A stretch of 64,000 nucleotides of DNA from Auanema rhodensis (GCA_964057225.1 OZ059900.1:9920001-9984000), one strand, 5' to 3'; positions 1-12,018 are shown, counted from the first letter of the stretch. Program-made: numbers and translations. The notes: generated by a model not told the origin, from the letters alone.

Positions 1-7
1 ATTAATA

Positions 8-66
8 ATTTCCTCACTATAACATTAGTGAGAATTCAAATATTTCTATAGGGTCTTCTTAGACCC
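8..66. repeat. Diverged copy of a double-hairpin repeat motif also found at 55161-55222 and, inverted, at 52016-52077
   Basis: TTCCTCACTA-n-TAGTGAGAAT followed by AGGGTCT-n-AGACCC here, versus TTCCTCACTA-n-TAGTGAGAAT...AGGGTCTCATGAGGCCC at 55161-55222. Confidence 0.6.
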
Positions 67-878
67 TTAGGATGAAGACTTGGCCTAATTAACAGTGTGG
101 TTTTAGAATCAATTTCTGTTCAACGTACGGTATATGGGTGTTACGACGACACCAATTCTAAAGATAGCATCAAAAATCATTTATGAACACTTCTTCAATA
201 TTATCAACCTAATATCATCATAGCTGAGAATCAACTTATTGTCTTTTGAGCGGTCTAATCTGCAAACATGGGAATTCTTTCTGAGTTCGCCTAAATAAAG
301 ATTCATATTATAATTGCATCACTTGCGGACACTGCTCTTCTTCTCAAATTCGTTCAGCAAATCATGCCAGATTCTGTTCATAATTTATGAAATGTGTACT
401 CATTCTCAGCTCATAAATATGGAAAAGACTTCATAATTGAATGAAAAATTTGTCGTTGTACCAAAGAAAAAATAAGGAAATATAAAAACTCTGGAAAACT
501 GTGGAATAATATGTATACATGACATGCTCAATTCAATTACAATACCTCATTTCCCGCCAGACAATAAAGCACATTTGAACCTTTGTTAGTACTAATCATC
601 TACCGTATCATATCAATTTTCAATTAGAATGCTTCATATTTGTGTTGTAATTTGTGAAAAGGTTTTACGTCAAAAAAATAAAAATCTCGTAATAGAAAAA
701 ATATTTATAATTCACAGTAAAATATTTATTAATACACAGAAAAATTCTTAAAATTCGATAAAACATTCTACAAAACCTTAATTTCTTCAATGGTAGACCA
801 CTGGTACTTCTATAACGGCGAAATATGCCGGATATCATTACTTAAATTAGATTTAAATTCCAATCAGAAACTAATAAC

Positions 879-1467
879 TTACCATGCTGTTGTCAACTTT
901 ATTTTCATATTTCTAAAACGTTTCAGATTACAGTGCAACTCGGAAAGTATGCAGTCAGGAATAGGAATACCAGCCTTCAGATAGAGTTCGGCCTGGTTTT
1001 GAACAAATTTCATGCAATCGATCATGAAATAATAGAGCTTTCGGAATTCAATAAAAAGTAAGGAAGTGAGTTTATCTTCTAGGCTCAAATCTTTCATCGT
1101 CATTTCCAGCAATCTTCTAATGTGGACTATCCGGTTTTTCATTACTTGGCTATCCAATAGTAGCTGATTATCTCGATGTATCGCACAAATCAGTTCATCT
1201 TCCGCAACGTTCAATTTAGAGTTGAGCACACTAATGTCATTGGCAATATTGGAATCTAGCATATCAGCAATTTCAAGTAGCTGGAAACGGCAATGTCTCT
1301 CATAAGTAATTCCATCCAGTATCTTCTTCTGATCAGCATTTTTTCTTATCTGAGAATGCCCAAAATCATCTTCGTATACGAGATCGTAATAAAAATCTCT
1401 ATTTGATCGTAATGTTAATGCCTCAAAAAAAAATGATATAATACCGAAATGAAAACTAAATTACCAT
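879..1467 (-). CDS. Orphan helical protein of about 181 aa, family 1 copy 1; exons 1467-1465 (ATG only) and 1421-879
   Basis: The 879-1262 ORF stays open upstream to a TTTTGAG acceptor (exon starts 1421); ATG|GTAATT donor gives a 43-nt phase-0 intron. Clear protein similarity to 55604-56230 (EFRK..MKFVQNQAELYLKAGIPIP vs EYRK..MKFVCNQAVRYMRGGMPVP). Confidence 0.7.
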
Positions 1468-2833
1468 ATTATATATAGCTTCTTGTTGTTTGACAACGTT
1501 AATATTCAAATATTTTACCTACCGCAGAGAAAACTATGTAAAATATGTAAAATTACGGTATAAAATCAATAAAATTGATTTGATGTTCATGATACTTTTC
1601 CCGCGAACTAATTAAAATAATGTAAAATAACAATAAATTACGCTACGCTTCCCGAAATTACGTCAAGTCACGCGGTTTATTAGCAGTAGAGCGGAAGAAA
1701 AACTATCCGAAAAAATAGAAATAGCAGAGCCTGTTTAAGATTTAAATGATATATTATTATGTTCCAGTGTTACTCACGACAGATACTAACTTTGGCATGT
1801 TAAAATGCTTTCATTTTGTTAAAAAATTTGCCATATTACTTCGATTTTTTCACTAAGATGTATAGAATTTCGCAATGGAGCAGATATGAGATAAACAATG
1901 TTTATCACAGTAGTAGATCAAAAAAAAATTTCATTTTTGTTTACTTCATAACTCAAAATACAATAATTTTGTAAGTGCGCGCGAAAATCAACTTTATTCA
2001 ACTTCGGTTTATGCCGTTCGTAATTTTGTAATTATCGTTGGAAAAAAATAATTTTAGAAGTAATGATCAAATTGTATATTTTTTCAATAGTCACCGTTTC
2101 ATCTAAATTTTTTGAAGAATATTCCAATCTTTTGGGAAAGTTTTCGAAAAATATTGTCAAACTTTTTTTTTATTTTTCTGAACTTCCAAAAAAAAGATCG
2201 AGTAACAACGAGGCCGATCGCTGATTGAGTCACCAGATCAGAAAAACAATCTAGTAAATTTCTTACAACTTTCTTCTTGGTTGTAGTTGAAAACATTTCA
2301 AAACGATCGTAATGCCCATGATCGAGAGTTTTCGAACAGTCATATTACAGTAATACTGTACTGACTTCTTACAGTAGGAAATATCTTGTGAAATATGTCA
2401 ATGTTGAAACGGAAAGAACATGATAGAAAAATCTTAGTTTTCATTAAAACAATAAAAAAAGCTGTTAGAATGAGGATCAAATTTAATATAATTATTTGAT
2501 GTACTGATAGTAAATCTTTCAAGAAATTATCATATTTTATAGTAAAAATATTTAAATATGTGAAAATAAAAAGATTTGTTGTATATATTGGAAACAAATA
2601 AAAAATAAATGTTTTCAAATTTGATTTTCGAAAACATATATTGAATAGTATATTATACAGTCATGATTATGCAATTATAATGAAATCAGTAATTTGATAT
2701 AAAACGAACGGGGATATAGATACCAGTTTAACATATGATATGAACATAATTTTGCATACTTTACATAGAATTTGTCATAATGACTAAACTATACCTCTCT
2801 CTCTATATATATTCTGGAGTATGCTTATAGCTC

Positions 2834-4240
2834 TCAAGTAGAATCTGAGCTTGATGATAAAAATCCGGAGCTATCATTCAAATACCATGACATAGCGAGA
2901 AATGTGAAAAATTGAGCAATCGACAAAATGAATAGTACACCGCCAAATTGAAATAGCTGTTCGGAATATGACATTGCAAGTATTTTAATTTTCTCGAAAC
3001 ATCCCTGAATCATACGGTCATTTATGAAAAATGTCATATAAATTTACGTCTGTTTGTAGATATGTTGATGTTGGCCATTGATGTGAAGACATTTCGTGGC
3101 CCAGACAAGCATCTCGATCTACATATTCAAACTTTGTTGCAGAGCAGAGAACAAAGGCTTAACATGAGAATAATATTGTTGTAAATAGAAAAAACAGCTA
3201 GTTGTACCTTTCAGACAATCAGAATCAGTTGAATTTGTGTTATCTGCACAGTGTAAGTTACTTAGAGAATTACATGTTCGACAGCAGCTTAATGGTACAC
3301 GATTTCGTGGAAAACTGAAAAATCAGGTTATTGCTGTCATGGTATTTGATCATCGATTTAGTTAATCTTATTTAGAGTAAAAAAAATGTTGTTTACGATT
3401 CGTTTCAAATCAGAGTACAGCGAGAGCATATTGACTACCAATGCTCTCTAATTTTGATCAATTTTCATCAATACGTCGTAAATTGTATAAGGAAATGAAA
3501 TGAAACAACTTTATCTGTGACTTGAAGAATTCGGAGTTTGTCCAATGCTTCACACTTTGATCAAAAATTCCACAACACTGATGCTGAATGATATTCAATG
3601 TAAACAAGCAATTTATATGTTTGAAAAACTTTTTTGTGAAAATAGTCGAATGCTTCTTTCATTTCAGGATAATCAGGATTGCCATAATGTGTCATCAACA
3701 ATGAATTCATGTAATTTTGAATTACTTGACTATTCTGTGCATTATAACGTATATTAGATGATGTTTTGTAGGTAGTAGCTTACTTCTGTTGCTAATAAAT
3801 GAGATTGATCTTGACTATAGAATGCACTGAACGACACTATAAACGCCACCAAAAACATAATCCATGCGTACTGTAGAAAAATATATTACAACCAATTATT
3901 TTTTTAATTATTATTATTAGTATTAACTATATATTTTCAACTATATCAAGCATAATTAACTACATAGAGCTGTATAACTGACCATTATTTGTAAATATTC
4001 ATTATCATTATATATTGCCAATATTCCAGGAACAGCTGATACGAATGCAATACTCGTTCCTACTAAAGCTAGCAGGGTGGCCCAACGTATGGAAGTTAAA
4101 CCAATAACGGACGATATTGATCCAAGATCAATTAAACTATTCATTGAAATAATAGTATATAGAATACAGTTTAGCATAATTAGGCATAGTAATATAAGTC
4201 CCAATAATTTAATTTTATTATATATATCTTTTCCTTTCAT
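2834..4240 (-). CDS. Tetraspanin family protein (multi-exon)
   Basis: Manual splicing gives three N-terminal hydrophobic helices, a large loop with HQCCG and RVPLSCC motifs, then GCFEK and a fourth TM helix (FGGVLFILSIAQFFTFLAMSWYL). One internal exon near 3395-3450 is uncertain. Confidence 0.88.
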
Positions 4241-5267
4241 TTTTGAAGTGAATTAATTCGAAAAATTATTAAAAAAAAACGAAACTTCGTCTGGATCGAG
4301 GGAAGATGTGGAAACGTACAATAGACGCTGAACTTGGATGTTAAATGCAAACGAAACTATTAATGAAATACTCGGTGAATCTTTTGGCATGAAAAGAAAA
4401 TTGAGGGAAAACTTGAAGAGAACTGTGTACAAAGCACAGTTTGTCACACAGAGTTGAGTAAATAAAGAAATATTGAAAAAGGGGCGAGAGGGTGCTATGC
4501 AAACAAGAACCATCACCTTACCCAATCAATCTTCTTTGCCAATGTATATACATATTAACTTTTTTTCTGCTGCTCTGCTTCATATCTACACTCAGCAACT
4601 ATTAGCAGTTTTATCACATATCTGTAATTTTTGACGCAAATCAATTAGCAGAATATGAACAAATTAACAAAAATATTTGTTAATAATGAAATAATTGCTA
4701 AAATAATACAAATTTAAATCAAGTATTGAGTATTTGTCTTCTATAAAATCTGGATGTGACCAAGGACGTTACATGTTTTTAATATCAGGTGATATCAAGA
4801 ATTTATTTTAACAATCACATAATATAACAAAAAAAACAAATTATTCTTTATTTTAACTATATTAAAATTATAAAATATAGTTAAGATTAGTATATGACAC
4901 ATAGTTTCAAGACAAGTTGCTAATCTATTTCTAGATCATATTCTACTTCAACCTAAGTACATTCTTTAACAAAAAGCTTTGTAGTTTCAGCCACTTTACA
5001 TGAGCAGTGTACGCAATATCAAGTACTGCCAAACGTCAGCATAGACAACAATTACATTGGCATCACTGATCATTATTTACGTCAACGTGATCACTTAGTC
5101 TCTGGAAGTATTGGAATTCTTATTCCTGGTGTTTGAATATTAAAGCTAGGAGACCCATTCAAGAAATAAAAATGATACTTGTAATCAAACAACTAGAATG
5201 AAATACTTTTATGAACAGGAACAAATGAGAAATAAATACAACAAAATGAGAAAAATAATTGAAAAAT

Positions 5268-7478
5268 CTATTTGTTTTTCTTAGTTTCTTTGATATCTTT
5301 TAGTGATTTAGATGGTATAGATGATGTAGATTTTGATCTACAACAAACTATATTTATAATAAATCTAATAAAATGTATAAATATGATAAACAAGACAAAA
5401 ATCAATAAATAAAAATCAATATTTAAAGTTAATAAAGGATTAGTTATTGATCTTTCCAAGAAAGCAGCTTTATGATGTCGAGCAACATGTTCAATATAGT
5501 GAATTGCTTTCAATAATGGTTTATTTCCACGGTTTTTAATTTCTTTAGCCATGTCCTTAACGTTTGTTTTGTACCTGAAATGAATTAAGAGTTACAAGTT
5601 TGGATTAATTGATAATTACTTTGGACTATCCAATACACTCTTGATAGCATTCAACAAAGATTTCTCAGTCAAATCTGCTTTTTCAACAATTACTCCAACA
5701 CCCTGTAAATAAATAAATTTATATGATATAGTTAAAGTTTAGTTATATTACCTTATTAACAACTTTTTGTAAATTATGTCTGTTACTGCCATATAACGGT
5801 ATTCCAACCATTGGAACTCCATATGTTATTGCTTCCATAATAGAGGAAACACCTCCGTTCGTGATGAGCAATTTACATCTTTCATGAGCTTAAATGGCAA
5901 ATAACCCATCCAAGTTTGTGCTATTCTTACCTAATAAGTCGTTTTGGGGAATAAAAGCTGTGAGATTTATATGCTTTGGAACAGTTGATTCATCTATTCC
6001 ATTGAGATTAGTGAGACGACCAATTCTCCAGTAGATTCTATATGTTGTCAAGCGCGACAACGCACCAAGAATTGCTTTAGCCTATAATTGATTGATAAAC
6101 TTCAGAGAATTGCTGCAGATTGTTGGTTCAACCTGTTGATTTGTCATGGCTGTTCCATTAGCTTGTGTTCCAGTTGAGACGATAATAAGACCGTCCTTAG
6201 CAGCAGCAATGGTGGTATTCCAAGGCTGCAACATGCTCAATGAGCTTTGTTTTGCTTTAATTGGTTTACCGAGAAAAGTGGTTTGGGATGATCAACATGA
6301 ATTCCTCCGACAGGAATGACATGTGGCGGCAAACTCCGCGAGTATTCTAATACTGGGTCAGTGTTTACAAAGTACAGAGAAGCATCACGTTTAAGTTGAT
6401 CCATTGATGGGAAATTTGGATATCTTGAATCATAGGTTAGTATACTATACATGACGTCATGAATTACTTTTTCTTAATGCTGTAATCAGTCGCCCACATT
6501 GTTGAGATGGCAGAATCAAGCATTCGATGACGACGAGAAAGTAACGACGGCAATAAAGGAATATCACTCTGTGTCAAGTATTCTTTCAGCAAGCATATGC
6601 CATTGCGGAGGCGTTTATATGGAAACTAAAATGGCGAATATAAGATATATTAACAGAATTAATTAGAATTACATCATTTGGAATGAAGCAGTGGGATACT
6701 GGAGCGTTCAGATCCAAAGGTGCACCGGCTGCCACTAGAGTCTCATCGCTCAAACCTGATAAAGCAATAAAGTTTTTTCAGAAGTTTTTAAAAATTTAGG
6801 AAAAACAACAGTCTTTTTCTAGTTGGTTAGGTGAACAAACAACTAACCTTCAACATCAAAGTAGATGGTTGGTACGCCTAACACGTACGAGATTGCTAAC
6901 TGGCAAGGATTTCCTGCGTAAACAATGGCTACCTCAATCGATTCTTTTCGTAGAGTGTCAATCAAATTGGAATTTAATATCTGAAGACAGCATGATAACC
7001 ACATCTCTATTCTGAGATCAAAAAAACCTTATTACAACTGGCGTTATGAGCAACCCAATATGCATCCAGATGCTTATCCTCGTGATATTCATTGCTCCAT
7101 GGAATTTCGTTTCCAATCTTCTCTAATGGTTCATATAATTTTCTAAAATATGAGTCATTTGATTGAATTTTGATAGTAATTCATACCGATTTATGAGATT
7201 TTTCAACGTTTTCTCTTTTACGAGATGAAGCTTTGGCTTTACTAGTCTTGGCTCTTCGGGAATGAGTATTGGCTTTACAGTAATTACCTAAATTAATATT
7301 TCCGTTTTAATGAAGCTAATACGATATATTCACGTACATTATGATGTCGTAGAGCAAGCTGTTGCGCCAGAATTTCAAACGTATTACGTTCATTCTGTGT
7401 TGTACCCAGGAGAAAAAGAAGGATGTTTACAGACAAGACTGTTGGTAACAGAGTTAATCCGATAAAAATCAGTTTCAT
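5268..7478 (-). CDS. UDP-glycosyltransferase (UGT/GT1 family), atypical; left copy
   Basis: Reverse complement of 8577-10787: signal peptide, UGT signature region, C-terminal TM helix and KKNK tail. Confidence 0.9.
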
Positions 7479-8576
7479 TGCCTTAAAAATACAAAAACTG
7501 TTAAAATTAATTGAATATATTTTAAAAATAAGAAGAAGAAAAGAAAAAACAGGAAAAGTCTACGTTTTGAGCCTGTACTTGACCCAATCGAATCCGGCAA
7601 GACCAACTGAGCTCTGGACAACGGTTTGAAAGCAAATAAAGAGAAAAGTACGTGAACTATTCTACGGGATAACTGTCTGACCATCTCATCATCTCAAATA
7701 CTCTTTTGGCTCTATTTAGTTAGTTTATAGACATTCTCTCAATTTACTTTACGTCTTTCGTATCTTTTGCCAAACCTTTTCTTCCATCCTTGTCTGCATG
7801 TCGGTATTTCTCTCTTTCATATGGCATGTTTGCGGAACTTCTCTGACTTATACATCTCAACGTTACGAGGTCAGTATCAACAAATATCTTATCCGACAGC
7901 TAAGTGAGAAATTAATCTTTCATCCCACTAATAGTTAGTTAGGCTTGAGCATTCTCGGAGTATCTTTTTATAATTCAATATGGTAACAACATATTTTAAT
8001 ATGATACTGCTGAGTCTAATACGCGTTAACATATGAAATCTTTAAGAAATATTCTAATTAATAGTTTTGGATATTGATATTGTTGTTGGAAAACTGATAA
8101 ACTTGAAATACGAGATTATTCTTTTTTTTTTGAAAGCTTAATTTCTTAATTAGTCGAGGCAGATAAGATATTTGTTGATACTGACCTCGTAACGTTGAGA
8201 TGTATAAGTCAGAGAAGTTCCGCAAACATGCCATATGAAAGAGAGAAATACCGACATGCAGACAAGGATGGAAGAAAAGGTTTGGCAAAAGATACGAAAG
8301 ACGTAAAGTAAATTGAGAGAATGTCTATAAACTAACTAAATAGAGCCAAAAGAGTATTTGAGATGATGAGATGGTCAGACAGTTATCCCGTAGAATAGTT
8401 CACGTACTTTTCTCTTTATTTGCTTTCAAACCGTTGTCCAGAGCTCAGTTGGTCTTGCCGGATTCGATTGGGTCAAGTACAGGCTCAAAACGTAGACTTT
8501 TCCTGTTTTTTCTTTTCTTCTTCTTATTTTTAAAATATATTCAATTAATTTTAACAGTTTTTGTATTTTTAAGGCA

Positions 8577-10787
8577 ATGAAACTGATTTTTATCGGATTA
8601 ACTCTGTTACCAACAGTCTTGTCTGTAAACATCCTTCTTTTTCTCCTGGGTACAACACAGAATGAACGTAATACGTTTGAAATTCTGGCGCAACAGCTTG
8701 CTCTACGACATCATAATGTACGTGAATATATCGTATTAGCTTCATTAAAACGGAAATATTAATTTAGGTAATTACTGTAAAGCCAATACTCATTCCCGAA
8801 GAGCCAAGACTAGTAAAGCCAAAGCTTCATCTCGTAAAAGAGAAAACGTTGAAAAATCTCATAAATCGGTATGAATTACTATCAAAATTCAATCAAATGA
8901 CTCATATTTTAGAAAATTATATGAACCATTAGAGAAGATTGGAAACGAAATTCCATGGAGCAATGAATATCACGAGGATAAGCATCTGGATGCATATTGG
9001 GTTGCTCATAACGCCAGTTGTAATAAGGTTTTTTTGATCTCAGAATAGAGATGTGGTTATCATGCTGTCTTCAGATATTAAATTCCAATTTGATTGACAC
9101 TCTACGAAAAGAATCGATTGAGGTAGCCATTGTTTACGCAGGAAATCCTTGCCAGTTAGCAATCTCGTACGTGTTAGGCGTACCAACCATCTACTTTGAT
9201 GTTGAAGGTTAGTTGTTTGTTCACCTAACCAACTAGAAAAAGACTGTTGTTTTTCCTAAATTTTTAAAAACTTCTGAAAAAACTTTATTGCTTTATCAGG
9301 TTTGAGCGATGAGACTCTAGTGGCAGCCGGTGCACCTTTGGATCTGAACGCTCCAGTATCCCACTGCTTCATTCCAAATGATGTAATTCTAATTAATTCT
9401 GTTAATATATCTTATATTCGCCATTTTAGTTTCCATATAAACGCCTCCGCAATGGCATATGCTTGCTGAAAGAATACTTGACACAGAGTGATATTCCTTT
9501 ATTGCCGTCGTTACTTTCTCGTCGTCATCGAATGCTTGATTCTGCCATCTCAACAATGTGGGCGACTGATTACAGCATTAAGAAAAAGTAATTCATGACG
9601 TCATGTATAGTATACTAACCTATGATTCAAGATATCCAAATTTCCCATCAATGGATCAACTTAAACGTGATGCTTCTCTGTACTTTGTAAACACTGACCC
9701 AGTATTAGAATACTCGCGGAGTTTGCCGCCACATGTCATTCCTGTCGGAGGAATTCATGTTGATCATCCCAAACCACTTTTCTCGGTAAACCAATTAAAG
9801 CAAAACAAAGCTCATTGAGCATGTTGCAGCCTTGGAATACCACCATTGCTGCTGCTAAGGACGGTCTTATTATCGTCTCAACTGGAACACAAGCTAATGG
9901 AACAGCCATGACAAATCAACAGGTTGAACCAACAATCTGCAGCAATTCTCTGAAGTTTATCAATCAATTATAGGCTAAAGCAATTCTTGGTGCGTTGTCG
10001 CGCTTGACAACATATAGAATCTACTGGAGAATTGGTCGTCTCACTAATCTCAATGGAATAGATGAATCAACTGTTCCAAAGCATATAAATCTCACAGCTT
10101 TTATTCCCCAAAACGACTTATTAGGTAAGAATAGCACAAACTTGGATGGGTTATTTGCCATTTAAGCTCATGAAAGATGTAAATTGCTCATCACGAACGG
10201 AGGTGTTTCCTCTATTATGGAAGCAATAACATATGGAGTTCCAATGGTTGGAATACCGTTATATGGCAGTAACAGACATAATTTACAAAAAGTTGTTAAT
10301 AAGGTAATATAACTAAACTTTAACTATATCATATAAATTTATTTATTTACAGGGTGTTGGAGTAATTGTTGAAAAAGCAGATTTGACTGAGAAATCTTTG
10401 TTGAATGCTATCAAGAGTGTATTGGATAGTCCAAAGTAATTATCAATTAATCCAAACTTGTAACTCTTAATTCATTTCAGGTACAAAACAAACGTTAAGG
10501 ACATGGCTAAAGAAATTAAAAACCGTGGAAATAAACCATTATTGAAAGCAATTCACTATATTGAACATGTTGCTCGACATCATAAAGCTGCTTTCTTGGA
10601 AAGATCAATAACTAATCCTTTATTAACTTTAAATATTGATTTTTATTTATTGATTTTTGTCTTGTTTATCATATTTATACATTTTATTAGATTTATTATA
10701 AATATAGTTTGTTGTAGATCAAAATCTACATCATCTATACCATCTAAATCACTAAAAGATATCAAAGAAACTAAGAAAAACAAATAG
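8577..10787 (+). CDS. UDP-glycosyltransferase (UGT/GT1 family), atypical; right copy, multi-exon
   Basis: Signal peptide MKLIFIGLTLLPTVLS; LAQQLALRHHNV; SLYFVNTDPVLEYSRSLPPHVIPVGGIH; spliced signature AFIPQNDLLAHERCKLLITNGGVSSIMEAITYGVPMVGIPLYGSNRHN; TM helix; ER-retrieval-type KKNK end. Confidence 0.9.
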
Positions 10788-10903
10788 ATTTTTCAATTAT
10801 TTTTCTCATTTTGTTGTATTTATTTCTCATTTGTTCCTGTTCATAAAAGTATTTTTTGCTCAATGAATATGTTTTTTTCTGTTTTCTGTGGCTATGAGTC
10901 GTA

Positions 10904-11129
10904 GTTTGAAAGCAAATAAAGAGAAAAGTACGTGAACTATTCTACGGGATAACTGTCTGACCATCTCATCATCTCAAATACTCTTTTGGCTCTATTTAGT
11001 TAGTTTATAGACATTCTCTCAATTTACTTTACGTCTTTCGTATCTTTTGCCAAACCTTTTCTTCCATCCTTGTCTGCATGTCGGTATTTCTCTCTTTCAT
11101 ATGGCATGTTTGCGGAACTTCTCTGACTT
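10904..11129. repeat. Third copy of the UGT upstream segment (direct repeat of 7624-7849, inverted relative to 8206-8431)
   Basis: 226 bp identical at offset 3280, followed by degenerate similarity to about 11190. Confidence 0.93.
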
Positions 11130-11599
11130 TTTGATCACACATCTTATCTCAACGTCGCTAGGTCAATATCTACAAATAGTCTTTCTGACAATCGTAATGG
11201 CAAAATCTTTCCTGGCGCTATCATGAGATGTAATTATAGTAGTTAATACGGGTTATCCAATCTCGTATTTCCTAATTAGAGTTTTTAATTTTGTCATATT
11301 TCATCTAAATAGCTTAGTTTACCCTCTATATAAGCGGCATATGACTTAGTGGCAGTTTTCAAGTTAACAACACAGAATTCATTTGACGAAAATATAATTA
11401 CCATAATATGTTTCATCTATTTTCGTCTAAATGAAGGGTAATTCTCACCAAAGAGATATATTTAATTAGAGATAATTGAAGTATCAACAGTGACAATTAA
11501 CTAATCTTTATTGAAGATTACAGTGTGAGCATAACGAATTGATCTTTTCAGGTCTTGGAAAAAAAATGATGTCAACATTAATGAATTCATGTTGATAAC

Positions 11600-11935
11600 T
11601 CAGATGTTAAAACGAAAACGACGACCTGTTCCACATAGTTTCCAACGACATCGCTTGGTTATCATATGATCTGAAATGAGTACGCAGTTCACAATCTGAG
11701 AGTTGCTTTCCAGCGGAAATAATAATCTCATGCTGTTTGTGAAAGAATTTATACCTTGCACAGTCTGTGTATGGTAAGCATTCAAAGTATTACCATCAAG
11801 TTCATTCATTGATCTATCTTCATGTTGTAATCCGTATATCAACTAAAGGTTTTATAGATTTGTTACACATATGAACATGCTGGTTACCTGTGTCAGAAGG
11901 AGGAACATGATTAGACTTGACAACACAATGCTCAT
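11600..11935 (-). CDS. Secreted neuropeptide precursor, 68 aa, with disulfide-loop peptide CRWKLCGT(G); exons 11935-11888, 11842-11755, 11670-11600
   Basis: Spliced product MSIVLSSLIMFLLLTQLIYG-LQHEDRSMNELDGNTLNAYHTQTVQDHMIT-KR-CRWKLCGTG-RR-FRFNI*. Hydrophobic signal peptide, dibasic sites on both sides, Gly amide donor, GT-AG introns of 45 and 84 nt, ATTTCAG acceptor 10 nt upstream of the ATG. Confidence 0.8.
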
Positions 11936-12018
11936 ACTTGATGAACTGAAATGATGCAAAGGTATGAATATACATTTATATAATGAAAAAAAGACATTTC
12001 GCATAAAATAACGAGTAC

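Larger units (their letters stand above)
5201..10854. repeat. Large inverted duplication: arms 5201-7893 and 8162-10854 (2693 bp each), 268-bp spacer
   Basis: Position x pairs with 16055-x. Mirror ORFs in the track are identical (7293-7478/8577-8762, 6237-6452/9603-9818, 5268-5552/10503-10787). No mismatch noticed within the arms. Confidence 0.97.

Noticed and set aside
7939-7944. Single TTAGGC in the palindrome spacer as a telomere-addition signal
   Set aside because: One hexamer is expected by chance; there is no tandem array.
7423-8632. Mirror ORFs 7423-7629, 7475-7684, 8371-8580 and 8426-8632
   Set aside because: They overlap the UGT upstream region and appear twice only because of the inverted duplication.
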